A DNA stretch of 64,000 nucleotides from Nitrospirota bacterium (GTDB lineage: Bacteria; Nitrospirota; UBA9217). The stretch spans positions 160,001 through 224,000 of the forward strand of contig CAVUHW010000020.1 of NCBI GenBank assembly GCA_963741205.1. The letters run 5' to 3'. Below the pieces are notes generated by a model, which did not search any database, was not told the DNA's origin, and saw nothing but the letters and a program-made list of their open reading frames with translations. Shown piece after piece: positions 31,550 through 42,665 of the stretch. A program made the translations under genes and the position numbers. The stretch's first letter is position 1, and every line of letters starts with the position of its first letter.

Positions 31550-32815
31550 TTACAGCTTTCTTCGTTTCTTTCTCGATGCCGTGGGCAGGAGGAAATCGAC
31601 GACGTCGTCCACGGTCACAATGCCGTGAAGGACCATGTTTTCATCAACGACCGGTGCAGCGAGGAGATTGTATTTCGATATGAATTCCGCCACGTCCTTC
31701 TGACTTGCGTCCAGCGGGAGCGTCTTGACCGGCGCCGTCATGATGTCGCCGAGCAGGGTCTGCGCCGTGGCAAGAATGAGGTTTTTCAGGGACAGAATGC
31801 CCACGATCCGTTCGTTGCCGTCAACGATGAAAAGATAATAGACTGTTTCAACATCGGGCGCCTCAAGCCTCAACTCCGTGATCGCTTCCTCGACAGTCAT
31901 GTCCGGAGGAAAAGCCAGAAACTCGGTCGTCATGAGGCCGCCCGCCGTGTCTTCCTCGTGTTCCAGGAGCTCCTGCACATCCTCGGCCTCCTCCTTTTCC
32001 ATGAGGTTGATCAGTTCCTGCGCCTTTGCCTCCGGAAGGTCGCCGAGTACGTCGGCCGCCTCGTCAGGGGGCATGCGTTCGAGAATGTCCGACGCGCGCT
32101 CCTTGGACATGTCGTCGATAATGTCCGCCTGGACCCCGGGTTCGAGTTCATGCAGGGCCTCGGCGGCCGTATCGACATCGAGACTGCCGAACAAGGCGGT
32201 CCTTTCCTTTTGAGTTACCTCGCTGATGATCTCCGCAAGGTCGGCCGGATGCAGGAGCGAAACCTTTTGACGGGTGACGGTCAAGGTCAGCCTTGTCAGC
32301 TTCGGTTCGACGGTCTGGACCAGGCGCCAGGAGATAAGTTTGTGCGGCAGCTTGGAGTGGATCAGGGAAAAGAGCTTTTCGCCGCGCCTTTCGATCCCGA
32401 GACGCCGCAGGAGGCCCCGGAATCCGATGTCCGCGGCGACCAGGCACAGCTTCCCCTTTACATCTCCGAGTTCGAGGTCGTTTACGCGCACGAGTTTGGC
32501 GCCGTTGATGTCTACGATTTGCTTGTCGAGGAGGTCCCTGCAGATCAGAATGTCCGAGGGCGAGGGCACCGCGCCTGCGAGGTCCTTTCGATAGGCGCTG
32601 ACAGAGATGACCCGCCTGTTGAAGAGGTTGACCATCTCCCAGGGAACGAGAAACGTTTCCTTGCCGGAGGAAATAAAGAGGAAGCTCACCGAAGGAAACG
32701 GTTCGCCCATGCTCAAGATGATGTCCGTGAGGCGTCCGATCTCATCGCCCATCGGGTCAAGCACCGGCTTGCGATAAACCTCGCTGACGAAAATTTCACC
32801 GGCAAAAAAGGGCAT
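31550..32815 (-). CDS. Soluble MgtE N-terminal / CBS-pair protein
   Basis: LHPADLA, MPPDEAAD, TAGGLMT, GIVTVDD; no membrane domain. Confidence 0.88.
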   Translation of the reverse strand: MPFFAGEIFVSEVYRKPVLDPMGDEIGRLTDIILSMGEPFPSVSFLFISSGKETFLVPWEMVNLFNRRVISVSAYRKDLAGAVPSPSDILICRDLLDKQIVDINGAKLVRVNDLELGDVKGKLCLVAADIGFRGLLRRLGIERRGEKLFSLIHSKLPHKLISWRLVQTVEPKLTRLTLTVTRQKVSLLHPADLAEIISEVTQKERTALFGSLDVDTAAEALHELEPGVQADIIDDMSKERASDILERMPPDEAADVLGDLPEAKAQELINLMEKEEAEDVQELLEHEEDTAGGLMTTEFLAFPPDMTVEEAITELRLEAPDVETVYYLFIVDGNERIVGILSLKNLILATAQTLLGDIMTAPVKTLPLDASQKDVAEFISKYNLLAAPVVDENMVLHGIVTVDDVVDFLLPTASRKKRRKL

Positions 32816-32853
32816 GATCCGCTCCGCGGCACGGTCCTGAAACGATGGTCTAG

Positions 32854-32882
32854 GTTATACCAGCGGCCATACGGTATGTCAA
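32854..32882 (-). promoter_or_regulatory. Sigma70 promoter
   Basis: TTGACA-17-TATAAC on the minus strand upstream of the MgtE-like gene. Confidence 0.75.
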
Positions 32883-33119
32883 GAAAAAAGCCGTCCGCAG
32901 CGGCAATGTATGCTAAAATAACTTCAGAACCGGGCAGCAGGCGCGGCGAAAAGCAGGTCGGTGATCCGCGGCGCGAGGAAGCAAAATCCATAAAACATTA
33001 AAATATCTTTATAAATAAATTTAACATGTCTTATCAAACGTTTTCTGCTATAGTCTGGAGAAATTTTTCAGTATATCGCATCAGCTTGCACGGCAATATC
33101 TGAAAGGAGCTCGCAACGT

Positions 33120-33722
33120 ATGTCGGAACCGACCGTAAAAGACGTCAGGAAAGATATCTATCTGGTGATGCATAAAGCACAGTCCATGCTTGAACTCACG
33201 GAAGATGGGTTCATGAAGAACAGGACAGCATCGCTGGACGAGGCGGACGAACTCGCCGGGGAAATTCAGGCAAAGGAAGACGGCCTCACCGCCTTACTTG
33301 CGAAGATGGCCTCCGCAAACAATGAGGCCCGCGCGATCCTGACCGTACCCGCTCACATCGAAAAGATCGCCACGAGCATCAAGCGCATCGGCGAAAACAG
33401 CCGAAGCCGGATCAAAGAAGGGTTGCTGTTCAGCGACAAGGCCATCCTCGAAACGGGCAAACTCTTCACGAAGTCAAAGGACATCCTGAAAAAAGCCGGG
33501 GAGGTAGCGGTCACCGGGTCTCCGGCGACCCTCCAGACTGTGCTGGCCGACAGCGACATCCTCGAACGCATGGCCAATGAATTCGCAACCGCACACGAAG
33601 AGAGGCTCGTGACCGGCGAATGCTCGCCCAAGTCGTCATCGACCTATCTGTGCATCCTGTACGCCTTCGAAGACATGGGCGGCCATATCAAAAACACGAT
33701 CAATAAGCTCGCGGGAAAATAG
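33120..33722 (+). CDS. PhoU-like domain protein (Na/Pi cotransporter C-terminal-like)
   Basis: HIEKIA, LLFSDKA..E, HEERLV.G.C.PKSS. Confidence 0.75.
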   Translation: MSEPTVKDVRKDIYLVMHKAQSMLELTEDGFMKNRTASLDEADELAGEIQAKEDGLTALLAKMASANNEARAILTVPAHIEKIATSIKRIGENSRSRIKEGLLFSDKAILETGKLFTKSKDILKKAGEVAVTGSPATLQTVLADSDILERMANEFATAHEERLVTGECSPKSSSTYLCILYAFEDMGGHIKNTINKLAGK

Positions 33723-33878
33723 TCGCATTCTCTCCCTCTCCATCCGGAAATCCCTTCGTGCTCGCCCCATCCCCATGGGGCGAGGCAGGGTACTTTCTTC
33801 CTCCTTCTCTTCAGGAGAGGAGCGAAATAACAATATTTTTCATCACAAAGAACTTACACAGGGTAGAAACGCCCAACT

Positions 33879-34660
33879 ATGCCTATCACCTCTATTCCGA
33901 AAATCGGGCTGGCGCTCTCAGGAGGGGCGGCTCGCGGCATAGCGCATATAGCAGTTCTGGACACCCTGGAACTGGAAGGCATCCCCATCCACGCTATCGC
34001 CGGGACAAGCGCCGGCAGCATCATCGGCGCCCTTTATGCCGCAGGCATGCCGCTTCTTGAAATCAAACGGATCATCCTGAAGACGACCTGGACGGACATT
34101 CTGAAATTCAATGTTCCCCGCAGGGGGCTGATCTCGAGCGAGGGCATTTACCGCTTTATGGATTCGATCCTACCGGTCAAAAAGTTCTCCTCCCTTCTCT
34201 TCCCCTTTGCCGCCGTAGCCACCGATCTTCGGACCGGGGAAAAAGTCTCCATCACCACAGGCTCCGTGGCCAGGGCCGTACAGGCAAGCTGCAGTCTGCC
34301 GGTTGTCTTTACTCCGACGGAAATCAACAAGCGTCTGCTGGTGGACGGCGGCGTCGTCAGCCAGATACCGGTCAGGACGGCGAGGGAGGAGCTGGGCGCT
34401 GCAGAAAGTGATCGCCGTGAACGTGAACTACAATGCGCTGGAAACGGAGGAGTTCGACAGCATCATGAAAATCGCGGCCCACCTCTCCGCCCTCTGGGCG
34501 TCGAGAAATGCCCGGGTGGAAGAAAAGCTCGCGGACGTGCTAGTGAACGTCAACGCAAAGGGCATCTCCCTGCTACGATCTCTCAAAGGCGAAGGAACTG
34601 TTGAAACGGGGCAGAATGGCGACTGAGGAAAAGTTGCCGGAGATCCAGGCGCTGCTATGA
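33879..34660 (+). CDS. Patatin-like phospholipase (frameshifted)
   Basis: LSGGAARG, GTSAG, DGG motifs. Confidence 0.9.
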
Positions 34661-35193
34661 ATCTCACGAGGTTTTCATACACGATGTACCGCGCAGTTCA
34701 TCGTATTCTCCTCTTCATCCTGTCAGGATGCGTCATGGACGAAATTTATGACCACCCGGCTGGAGAAGCCCACGTTCACCTACACGGGATCCGAACTGGT
34801 CGAGGCCTCGCAAAACCGGGCAATGGTGAACTTTCTTTTTTCCGTGCATAACCCGAATGAGGCGGGACTAAAAAACGTTTCCGTCTCCTATGAGCTTTTT
34901 ATCGAGGAGGAAAAGTTTCTGACGGGGAAAGACATCCCTTTGGAGCTTAAACCGAAAAGCGACATGGAGATCAAGGTCCCGGCGGAGATCGCCTATAGGG
35001 ACCTCGTGCCAGTTTTGGGTCTGTCGTAGGACGGTTGTTATAAGGCCAGAAAACAATACCCATAACGATCGACGCCGTCTTCTCCGGAAAACCCGCGATC
35101 TACAGCGAAGCAGGAAAAGAGAAACTGATTACCTTCGAGATGAAATTGACCAAGACAGCTGACATTCCGTTGCCCCACGAGAAAAGAAACTAA
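34657..35193 (+). CDS. LEA type 2 / WHy-domain lipoprotein (frameshifted)
   Basis: LSGC lipobox and LEKP.F...V.NPN motif across frames. Confidence 0.6.
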
Positions 35194-35314
35194 CAGAACC
35201 AATTGATGTCCAGCCCGGTCTTGACGTGCAACGTGCTCGGTGCACTGACCTTATTGCCGCCGCGGCAGCCTGGGTTGTCGGCAGCCGCACACTTCAAGGT
35301 GAGTTTTTCATCCT

Positions 35315-35689
35315 ATGTTTTCGAAAATATCAGCTGACACTGTCATCCTGTTTCATTTTGCCTTCGTGTTTTTCGCGGTCTTCGGCGGGGTTGCCGTTCA
35401 CTATAAGCGGCAGGTAGCATGGTTTCACATCCCCGCAGTCCTGTGGTCATCGGTGATCAACCTTGGCGGCTGGATCTGCCCGCTCACTCCCCTGGAGAAT
35501 TACTTTCGCTCGAAGGCCGGCCTTGCCGGATACGAAGGCGGCTTTATCGAGCATTACATCGAACCCCTGGTCTACCCGGCTGGCATGCCCCGGAACTTCC
35601 AACTCATCGCGGGTATTTCGGTCGTCCTCTGGAACGTGCTCGTTTATGCGTTCGTCCTGCTGTATTGGAAGCGTCGACAGCAGGATTAA
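35315..35689 (+). CDS. DUF2784-family membrane protein
   Basis: H.AF..F..FGG, CPLTPLEN, GFIEHYI..LVYP. Confidence 0.85.
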   Translation: MFSKISADTVILFHFAFVFFAVFGGVAVHYKRQVAWFHIPAVLWSSVINLGGWICPLTPLENYFRSKAGLAGYEGGFIEHYIEPLVYPAGMPRNFQLIAGISVVLWNVLVYAFVLLYWKRRQQD

Positions 35690-36044
35690 GGGTCAAAGGG
35701 CTGATTTCAACCAATTAGTGAAGAATCTTGGTTGAAACATGTAGTGTCAGCTACATCCTGTTACTGTTGAAGTTTCCGCTCTTTGAACCATTCTAATTAT
35801 CAACCAGAATTGAATAGCGTATATCCTTAAAATATCCATTCAAAATAATTGACAAGTCTTAATATCTGTGCTTGTATCTAAGTATTTCTCGATAAAGCCA
35901 TTAGATTACAGACACGCGACAGGCCTATTAATATTGCATATTTTAAGTGATGTCGTTACGGACATCCTGAAACATCACACTTCTAAGCTGTAACACTTTT
36001 GAGTTTATCAGTTTCCATTTGTATCAGCTTAACTCTAAAATCAG

Positions 36045-38303
36045 TTGTACGATTTAAGGTGTCGACGATTGAAAGACAAACAATTACTTGCCATTGCTAT
36101 TGCGATTGCCTCATGTGTCTTTCTCCTCGATGTTCGGGCAGTAATAGGGTTCGCATTCTATCTACTCTATATTATCCCCATATTCGTGGCCGCCCCTGCG
36201 ATAAAACGTTTCTCCATCCTCATTCTCCCGTTTATCAGCACGCTCCTGACCACAGCGAGCTATTTTATTGCTCCTCCGGGAGGCAGCCTTTCAAGGGCAA
36301 TAATCAATCGGTCTTTGGGGGTGTTCGTATTTTGGACGGTTTCATTCATTCTAATCATGCGCAAACGGGCGGAGGTAGCGCTGGAGCTATCGTATCGGCA
36401 AGTGCAGCAGAAGATTGACGAGCTCGGGAAAAGCGAAGAAGAGTTGAGATCGTCTCGACAACAACTTATTGACATCATCGATTTTTTCCCGGATGCCACC
36501 TTCGTCATCGACCACAACAGGAAAGTCATTGTATGGAACAACGCCATGGAAGCCATGACCGGCGTAAGCAAGGCGGAGATTATCGGTCAGGGCGATCGTG
36601 CCTACTCTCTTCCCTTTTACGCAGAACGACGGAGGCAGTTGCTTGATCTGATTGAGAACGACGATGAAGCATTAGCGGCTAAGTATGCCTGGGTCCAAAA
36701 AAAGGGGCGTATTCTGTATGCAGAGACTTTTTGCCCCGCCTTATATGGCGGCAAGGGGGCCTATGTATGGGCGACAGCGACGTCGCTTTTAGACATGCAT
36801 GGCAACCATGTAGGTGCCATCGAATCCATACGCGATATGACTGACCGCTGGATGGCCGAAGAAGCACTCCGGAAAAGTGATGCCCGTTTTCGCAGCTACT
36901 TCAACTTACCCCTTGTCGGTATTGCTATTATGAACAGGGAAAAGTGCTGGGTTGAGGCCAACGACCGCATCTGTGATATATTAGGGTACTCGCGTCAGGA
37001 GCTTTTGCACACGGCGTGGTCCGAATTGACGCATCCCGAGGACCTGGCCGTTGCTCAGGAGCAGTTCAATAAAGTGCTCGATGGGCAGCTGGATAGTTAT
37101 ACGCTGGAAAAGCGGTTTATTCGCAAGAATGGAGCAATAATATGGGCCAGCGTTGCCGTGGGAGGTGTTCGGAAACAGGACGGCACACTGGACTATATCG
37201 TAGCGCTCCTACAGGATATCACCGTGCGCAAACAAGCCGAGTCACAGCGCGATCTCCTTACTGCGGCGTTCGAATCGACCGCTGACGCCATTGTAATTAC
37301 AGATACGCCGGATGGTACAATCAGGTATGTAAATAAGGCGTTCGAACAGATTACAGGATATCTCAGGCGTGATATCATTGGGCGTTCCCTGGACCTTCTA
37401 GAGAGCTGCAACGTTGATGACCAGTTAAATCGAATCACCAAGGAAACAAGCGGTAGAAATGACGCCTGGAGTGGACGCCTCATCAGCAAGAAAAAAGACG
37501 GTACCCTATATCATGAGGACTGCACATATACTCCAGTTAAAAATTCCAATGGTGAGACACTGGGCCACGTATCCATCAAACGCGATGTTACAGATAAAAT
37601 GAAGCTCGAATCAATCGCTCAGACCGTGGACAACATGAACAACATTGGATATATCTTTTCAGGGGTCCGGCATGAAATTGGAAATCTTATCTTTGGAATG
37701 ACGGCGCACTTGAATTATCTGGCAGAAAAAGTCGAAAATATTGATACCGCAACTATAAAAAAACATGTGAGCTACGCATTGGAAGCGATCGATGAAATGG
37801 AGTTTATTTTTCGAGGCCTGAAGAGTTTTAATATGTTCGAAAATCTCGAACTTGGTTGGATTAGCATGACCGATTTCATGAACAACTTCCTCGCGTTGAT
37901 ACGGGAGGATTTTTACAAAAAAGGCATAACAATCTTAGTAGAGGTCCAACCGTGTGCTGAACGCTGCCACGGGGATCCGCGCGCGCTACAACAGGTCCTG
38001 CTCAATCTTTTCACGAATGCAGCAGACGCATTAAGCGGAAGAAAAGATGCGTCGGTGTCCGTGTTTGTATCCCGGAACGGCGGCATGGTCAGGATAACAA
38101 TAGAGGATAACGGATGCGGAATACCTGAAGAAAACTTGAAGGACCTTTTCAAGCCATTTTTCACGACCAAGGGCCATGGCACTGGCCTCGGACTTGTCAT
38201 CTCTAAAAAAATGATCGAAAGGATGAACGGAAACATCCAGATTAAGAGTCGTCAGAGTGGAGGAACGACTGTTGACATCCTCCTGCCAATGGAAACACCT
38301 TAA
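36045..38303 (+). CDS. Membrane-bound multi-PAS sensor histidine kinase (orphan)
   Basis: N-terminal TMs, three PAS/PAC domains, RHEIGN H-box, N-box NA.DA, DNGCG, GTGLGL. Start codon uncertain. Confidence 0.92.
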   Translation: MYDLRCRRLKDKQLLAIAIAIASCVFLLDVRAVIGFAFYLLYIIPIFVAAPAIKRFSILILPFISTLLTTASYFIAPPGGSLSRAIINRSLGVFVFWTVSFILIMRKRAEVALELSYRQVQQKIDELGKSEEELRSSRQQLIDIIDFFPDATFVIDHNRKVIVWNNAMEAMTGVSKAEIIGQGDRAYSLPFYAERRRQLLDLIENDDEALAAKYAWVQKKGRILYAETFCPALYGGKGAYVWATATSLLDMHGNHVGAIESIRDMTDRWMAEEALRKSDARFRSYFNLPLVGIAIMNREKCWVEANDRICDILGYSRQELLHTAWSELTHPEDLAVAQEQFNKVLDGQLDSYTLEKRFIRKNGAIIWASVAVGGVRKQDGTLDYIVALLQDITVRKQAESQRDLLTAAFESTADAIVITDTPDGTIRYVNKAFEQITGYLRRDIIGRSLDLLESCNVDDQLNRITKETSGRNDAWSGRLISKKKDGTLYHEDCTYTPVKNSNGETLGHVSIKRDVTDKMKLESIAQTVDNMNNIGYIFSGVRHEIGNLIFGMTAHLNYLAEKVENIDTATIKKHVSYALEAIDEMEFIFRGLKSFNMFENLELGWISMTDFMNNFLALIREDFYKKGITILVEVQPCAERCHGDPRALQQVLLNLFTNAADALSGRKDASVSVFVSRNGGMVRITIEDNGCGIPEENLKDLFKPFFTTKGHGTGLGLVISKKMIERMNGNIQIKSRQSGGTTVDILLPMETP

Positions 38304-38617
38304 GAAATGAAAGAACTCCTTCCCCGATGGAATAATGAGGCCGCTAGAACTTAATGTATATTTCGAACGGTATTCTTTGCCCTTGTCACAATATCGGCAG
38401 TGCGGACTTGTAGATATATCTCGCGATTTCCAAAACGCGAAACTCTTGTGAAGTACACATAGAAGTTGATAACATATTTGATGCTCCGAAATCACACCTT
38501 GTAGCAAATAATCCCCTCCTCATTTCAATAATTCAATATTTACCCTTGAACTCCGCATCATGCATTTTTCCTCTCGCCTTCCCCCCTTTTCTGTTATAAT
38601 GCCTCCGAGGTATCCTG

Positions 38618-38899
38618 ATGAGACTTTCCAAGGAAATGATCAAACACCTGGCCGACGCCATTGCCGCGAACCTTGAGAGCAAGGGGATCGTCGAATATGA
38701 AGTGCCGAAGGAAGCCATTGCCGCGAAGATCATTGACGTGATTACGGAGAACATGCTTGAGGAGGAGAGGCTCAACAAGGACGTTGAAAAGCTCCTCTCT
38801 TCGCACGAGGCGGAGATCGCCAGGGAGAACATGGACTACCGAAAGGTGTTCGAGCTTACCAAGCAGAAGCTGGCGAAGGAGCGGGGAATAGTTCTCTAA
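38618..38899 (+). CDS. DUF507-family protein
   Basis: MRLS...I.HLA...K.KLAKERG.VL. Confidence 0.85.
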   Translation: MRLSKEMIKHLADAIAANLESKGIVEYEVPKEAIAAKIIDVITENMLEEERLNKDVEKLLSSHEAEIARENMDYRKVFELTKQKLAKERGIVL

Positions 38900-39013
38900 A
38901 TATGGAGCGAGCCAACCGCGTTGGCGTGCATTAAAGATGTAAAGATTAAAGAAACATTAAATCACGGCAACACGGTTGCCTTGGTCCATACGAAACGGAG
39001 CAAATCAACTATC

Positions 39014-39292
39014 ATGCGTTTAAGCGAAGACCGGATATCCCACCTCTCCCACCTCATCCTGGACAAGATCGTCCGGGACAGGAATATCGACGTGCTCTTG
39101 GCCGAGGAACGGTTGCTGCGCGAGATCAAGCGGACCATCACGTCGGAGTTCCAGTACGAGGACGAGGCCGACGCTGCGGCCCGGCGTACGATCCAGTCGC
39201 TTTCGCGCAGGGTCCCCGAAGGGAGCAGGGAGTGGGACGTCCTGTACCGGAAGTACTTCGAGGAAGAGATGAACAGGAGAAAAAAGGTGTGA
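39014..39292 (+). CDS. DUF507-family protein (second paralog)
   Basis: MRLSEDRISHLSH...EGSREWDVLY.KYFEEE. Confidence 0.85.
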   Translation: MRLSEDRISHLSHLILDKIVRDRNIDVLLAEERLLREIKRTITSEFQYEDEADAAARRTIQSLSRRVPEGSREWDVLYRKYFEEEMNRRKKV

Positions 39293-41403
39293 AGAAAATC
39301 GTCTCCGCCGGCCTCGCCCTCTACTGTGTCGTTTCCGGCTTGGGATTGTTCATCCGTACGGGCCTGGCAAGCAGGTTCCTGATACCCTGGCTGATCGGTT
39401 TCGTCTTTCTCTTCTTCGCCCTTTCCTACGCGGCGCTCTTTACCAAGGAACGCTCCAAAAGCCTCTCCTTCCCCTTCATCATCCTCGGAACCATCGGCCT
39501 CAACTTTCTCATTCAACTGAGCGGCGCCTCCGGCTCGCCGCTCTTCCCTCTCTACTTCCTCATCACCTCGGCAGCCGCATTCCAGCACCGCACCTGGGCC
39601 TACCCGGTGGCAGCTCTCATCCTCGTCATCGAAGCCTCGAACCTCCTCCTCACGGGCCATGCAGACCCGCGGCAATGGTATATGCTCGCCGGCTTCACCG
39701 CCTCCCTCGTCGGCGTTGCCTTCATCACCGCCCACATCATGCACCGCATAAAAAGCGAGGCAAAGACCGCCAGAGACAGCTACGAGAAGCTTCTTTCCGA
39801 TGCCGACGCGGTCGATCCTCTGGCCGGCGGCACGAACGTCGAGGCACTGGCCGAGAAGAGCAGGCAAGCGACCTGTGTCAGCGGCGCAAGAGAGCGGGAA
39901 GGCGCTTTCTGCGCGCTGATCGATATGATCTCTGCCTTCGTTCCCGCCCACACCTATGCCCTCTTTCTCGATGACCGCGAAGACGGGACCTTCACGCTTC
40001 GAGGGGTCCGCAGCCAAAGCAAATACATCCCCTCGCACACCGTGGAGATCTCCGGAGGGAGCGGACTCATCGGCATCTGCGCGGCCCGAAAACAGCCCCA
40101 GTACCTGCCGTACATGGTCGTCCCGCCGCGGAGCCTCGGCTATTATTCAAGAAACGTCCCGGTCAAATCCTTTCTCGCCATCCCGGTCACCCAGGGAGAG
40201 CGGGTCACCGGGGTCCTTGTTGTCGACAGCCTTGTTAACGACGCCTTTCCTGCCGAGCTGCAGGACACCCTGACCCGCTTCATTCCGTTCTTCAGCCAGA
40301 TCATTGAGAAGATCCGCATCTCGCTCGAAATGGACATACGGGCGAAAAACTTCGCGGCTCTTCACGAGATGAGCTCGGTCCTGAGCAGCAGCCTCGATAT
40401 CGCAGAGGTGCTCGACAAACTCGCTGTCCAGGTCAGGTCAGTCGTTCCCTACGACTTCTGCGCCTTCCTGCTGTACGATGAAAAGACGAACGAAGCAATA
40501 TTCAGTACGCTCAGGGGGTACGACGCCGCTTTCTCCGGAAGCAGGTTCCCCATCGAACAAAGCGCGATTCTCGCGCACATGCTGAACGAGTGGCGGGACC
40601 GCCGTGTCTGCTCCATCCATCACGATCCGGACCTGGGTAGCCGGGGTAGAGAGATCGGCCTGTTCCCCCTGAAGGGGTTCCGGCAGCCGCTGAAATCGCT
40701 TTTCGGCAGGCCGCTCGTGGCCCGCGACAAATTCATCGGCGCGGCGTTTCTCGCCTCGCGCCGCGCCAACGCCTTTACCGAATACCACCGGAACTTCATG
40801 GATACCCTCCTGAACCAGGTGTCGATGGTCGTCGACAACAGCATGTTGCACGAGAGCATCCGGGACATGGCCCGCACCGACGGCCTGACGGGACTGTTGA
40901 ATCACCGGACCTTTATGGAAAAGCTTGCCGAGGAATACAAGCGCATCGACCGTGAGCCCCGCCCCTTCTCCATCCTCCTGATGGATATCGACAAATTTAA
41001 AAACGTCAACGACAAGTACGGTCATCCCGTGGGCGACGTGGCGATCAGGGCTGTTGCCAAAATCCTTAAGGAGACAGTCCGAGGATCGGACTTCGTTGCC
41101 CGGTACGGCGGCGAGGAGTTCACCGTAGGCATGGTGGACACGGACAGCCGGGGCGCCTTGCAAATGGGCGAACGTATCCGGAAAATACTGGAAAAAACGC
41201 TCGTGGCGCGCGTCTATGATGGAGATCTGCGCGTGACCGTAAGCATCGGGATCAGTTCGTTCCCTGAGGACACGAAGAACGGAGCAGACCTCGTCACCCT
41301 GGCCGACAACGCGCTTTATCAGGCAAAGCGGTCGGGCAGGAACCGCGTCTGCCTGCACCGGGATGTGAGGGAAGTCGAAGAGAACCCGGTAACCAAACGG
41401 TGA
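39289..41403 (+). CDS. Membrane-anchored GAF-GAF diguanylate cyclase
   Basis: TM region, two GAF domains, DGLTGL.N, RGSD I-site, GGEEF. Confidence 0.92.
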   Translation: MKKIVSAGLALYCVVSGLGLFIRTGLASRFLIPWLIGFVFLFFALSYAALFTKERSKSLSFPFIILGTIGLNFLIQLSGASGSPLFPLYFLITSAAAFQHRTWAYPVAALILVIEASNLLLTGHADPRQWYMLAGFTASLVGVAFITAHIMHRIKSEAKTARDSYEKLLSDADAVDPLAGGTNVEALAEKSRQATCVSGAREREGAFCALIDMISAFVPAHTYALFLDDREDGTFTLRGVRSQSKYIPSHTVEISGGSGLIGICAARKQPQYLPYMVVPPRSLGYYSRNVPVKSFLAIPVTQGERVTGVLVVDSLVNDAFPAELQDTLTRFIPFFSQIIEKIRISLEMDIRAKNFAALHEMSSVLSSSLDIAEVLDKLAVQVRSVVPYDFCAFLLYDEKTNEAIFSTLRGYDAAFSGSRFPIEQSAILAHMLNEWRDRRVCSIHHDPDLGSRGREIGLFPLKGFRQPLKSLFGRPLVARDKFIGAAFLASRRANAFTEYHRNFMDTLLNQVSMVVDNSMLHESIRDMARTDGLTGLLNHRTFMEKLAEEYKRIDREPRPFSILLMDIDKFKNVNDKYGHPVGDVAIRAVAKILKETVRGSDFVARYGGEEFTVGMVDTDSRGALQMGERIRKILEKTLVARVYDGDLRVTVSIGISSFPEDTKNGADLVTLADNALYQAKRSGRNRVCLHRDVREVEENPVTKR

Positions 41404-41469
41404 AGCAGTTCCTCCCCTTTCAACCTTTTCTCTTGTCCGGTGTCACATTAACCAGAATACGGCGCTGGT

Positions 41470-42012
41470 ATGGATGAAGACCTTGATCTGATCACGAGGA
41501 CCGAAGCAGGCGAACGCGAGGCCTTCGATGAGCTGGTGCTTAAGTATCAAAAACCGCTTTATTCCCTGCTCTACCGCATGGTGAGCAACCACGAGGACGC
41601 CTCGGACGTTCTGCAAAAAACCTTTGTCAAGGCATTCACCGGTCTCGGCTCCTTCGAACGGCGGGCAAGCTTCAAGACCTGGCTTTACCAGATCGCGATC
41701 AATCTCGCGAAAAACGTGTACCGCGACCGCGCGCGGGTCGAGTATGTGCACATCGACAGCGTCGTCATCAGGAAAAACCCCCGGACCCTCGAAACACTGA
41801 TCCACGACGAGAACAGGATGCTGGTCCGGCAGGCGCTGGGAGGGTTGCCCGAAAAGCAGCGGGTAACGCTGATGCTTCGGGTGCAGGAAGGGAAAAAGTT
41901 TGAGGAAATCGCGGGCATCATGCGATGTACCGTAGGGACTGCAAAGGCGAATTTTCATCATGCAATGAAAAAACTGAAATCGAGGCTGGGAGAAAAAGAT
42001 GAGGGGAAATAA
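41470..42012 (+). CDS. ECF RNA polymerase sigma factor
   Basis: DA.DVLQ.TF, F.TWLYQIA.N, EIA.IM....GT.K. Confidence 0.93.
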   Translation: MDEDLDLITRTEAGEREAFDELVLKYQKPLYSLLYRMVSNHEDASDVLQKTFVKAFTGLGSFERRASFKTWLYQIAINLAKNVYRDRARVEYVHIDSVVIRKNPRTLETLIHDENRMLVRQALGGLPEKQRVTLMLRVQEGKKFEEIAGIMRCTVGTAKANFHHAMKKLKSRLGEKDEGK

Positions 42013-42041
42013 ATCCTGCGCCGGCCGAATAAAAACGGGCC

Positions 42042-42665
42042 ATGACATGCCATGACGAAAACATAAAGGACCTTCTCCCCGCTTATCGGGAACAGGTGCT
42101 TGACCAGCCAGAGTTGGACAGGGTCCGGATTCACCTCGAATCATGCGAGGACTGCCGCAGGTCGCTGGTCCTGCTCGAACTCCTGGCCGAAGAGTCCGTC
42201 CCCGATCCGGGGGAGGCATACTGGGCAGCGCTGCCGGAACGAGTGCACCGCGCTGTTCGCGAGGCGAAAGAGCGCAAAGGGCATTTTGGCCTGTCGCGGA
42301 TTCTGGGCAGGTTCATCCTGCCGCGGTGGGCCTGGACCGCAGCGGCGACCGGCGTCGTGCTGCTGGTCTCCTGGGTCGCATTTCGTGCCCCGCAGAAATT
42401 ACCGGATCAGGCTCTGTCTCCGGGATATGAAGTATCCGACGAAATTGTGGCGGCTGACCCGGCGCAGATAAGCGAGTTTGACCGGGATGAACTGGACGCC
42501 GTGGCTTCCTGGGCCGGCAACGAGCTTGCCTCGATTTCCCAGGAGATCGAGAGCGGCATGATGAACGGGTCTGATACGGACCTCTATGAGGACGTGAGAC
42601 AATTAAATGCAAGGGAAGTAGAACGGCTTTCAACCATGATCGATCAATGGAAACAGGAGGGGTAA
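42042..42665 (+). CDS. zf-HC2 (ZAS) anti-sigma factor
   Basis: HLESCEDC motif and a single TM, directly downstream of the sigma factor. Confidence 0.88.
   Translation: MTCHDENIKDLLPAYREQVLDQPELDRVRIHLESCEDCRRSLVLLELLAEESVPDPGEAYWAALPERVHRAVREAKERKGHFGLSRILGRFILPRWAWTAAATGVVLLVSWVAFRAPQKLPDQALSPGYEVSDEIVAADPAQISEFDRDELDAVASWAGNELASISQEIESGMMNGSDTDLYEDVRQLNAREVERLSTMIDQWKQEG

Noticed and set aside
32816-33119. Mg/Mn riboswitch upstream of the MgtE-like/Nramp genes
   Set aside because: The promoter leaves only about 30 nt of leader and no M-box or yybP motif is visible.
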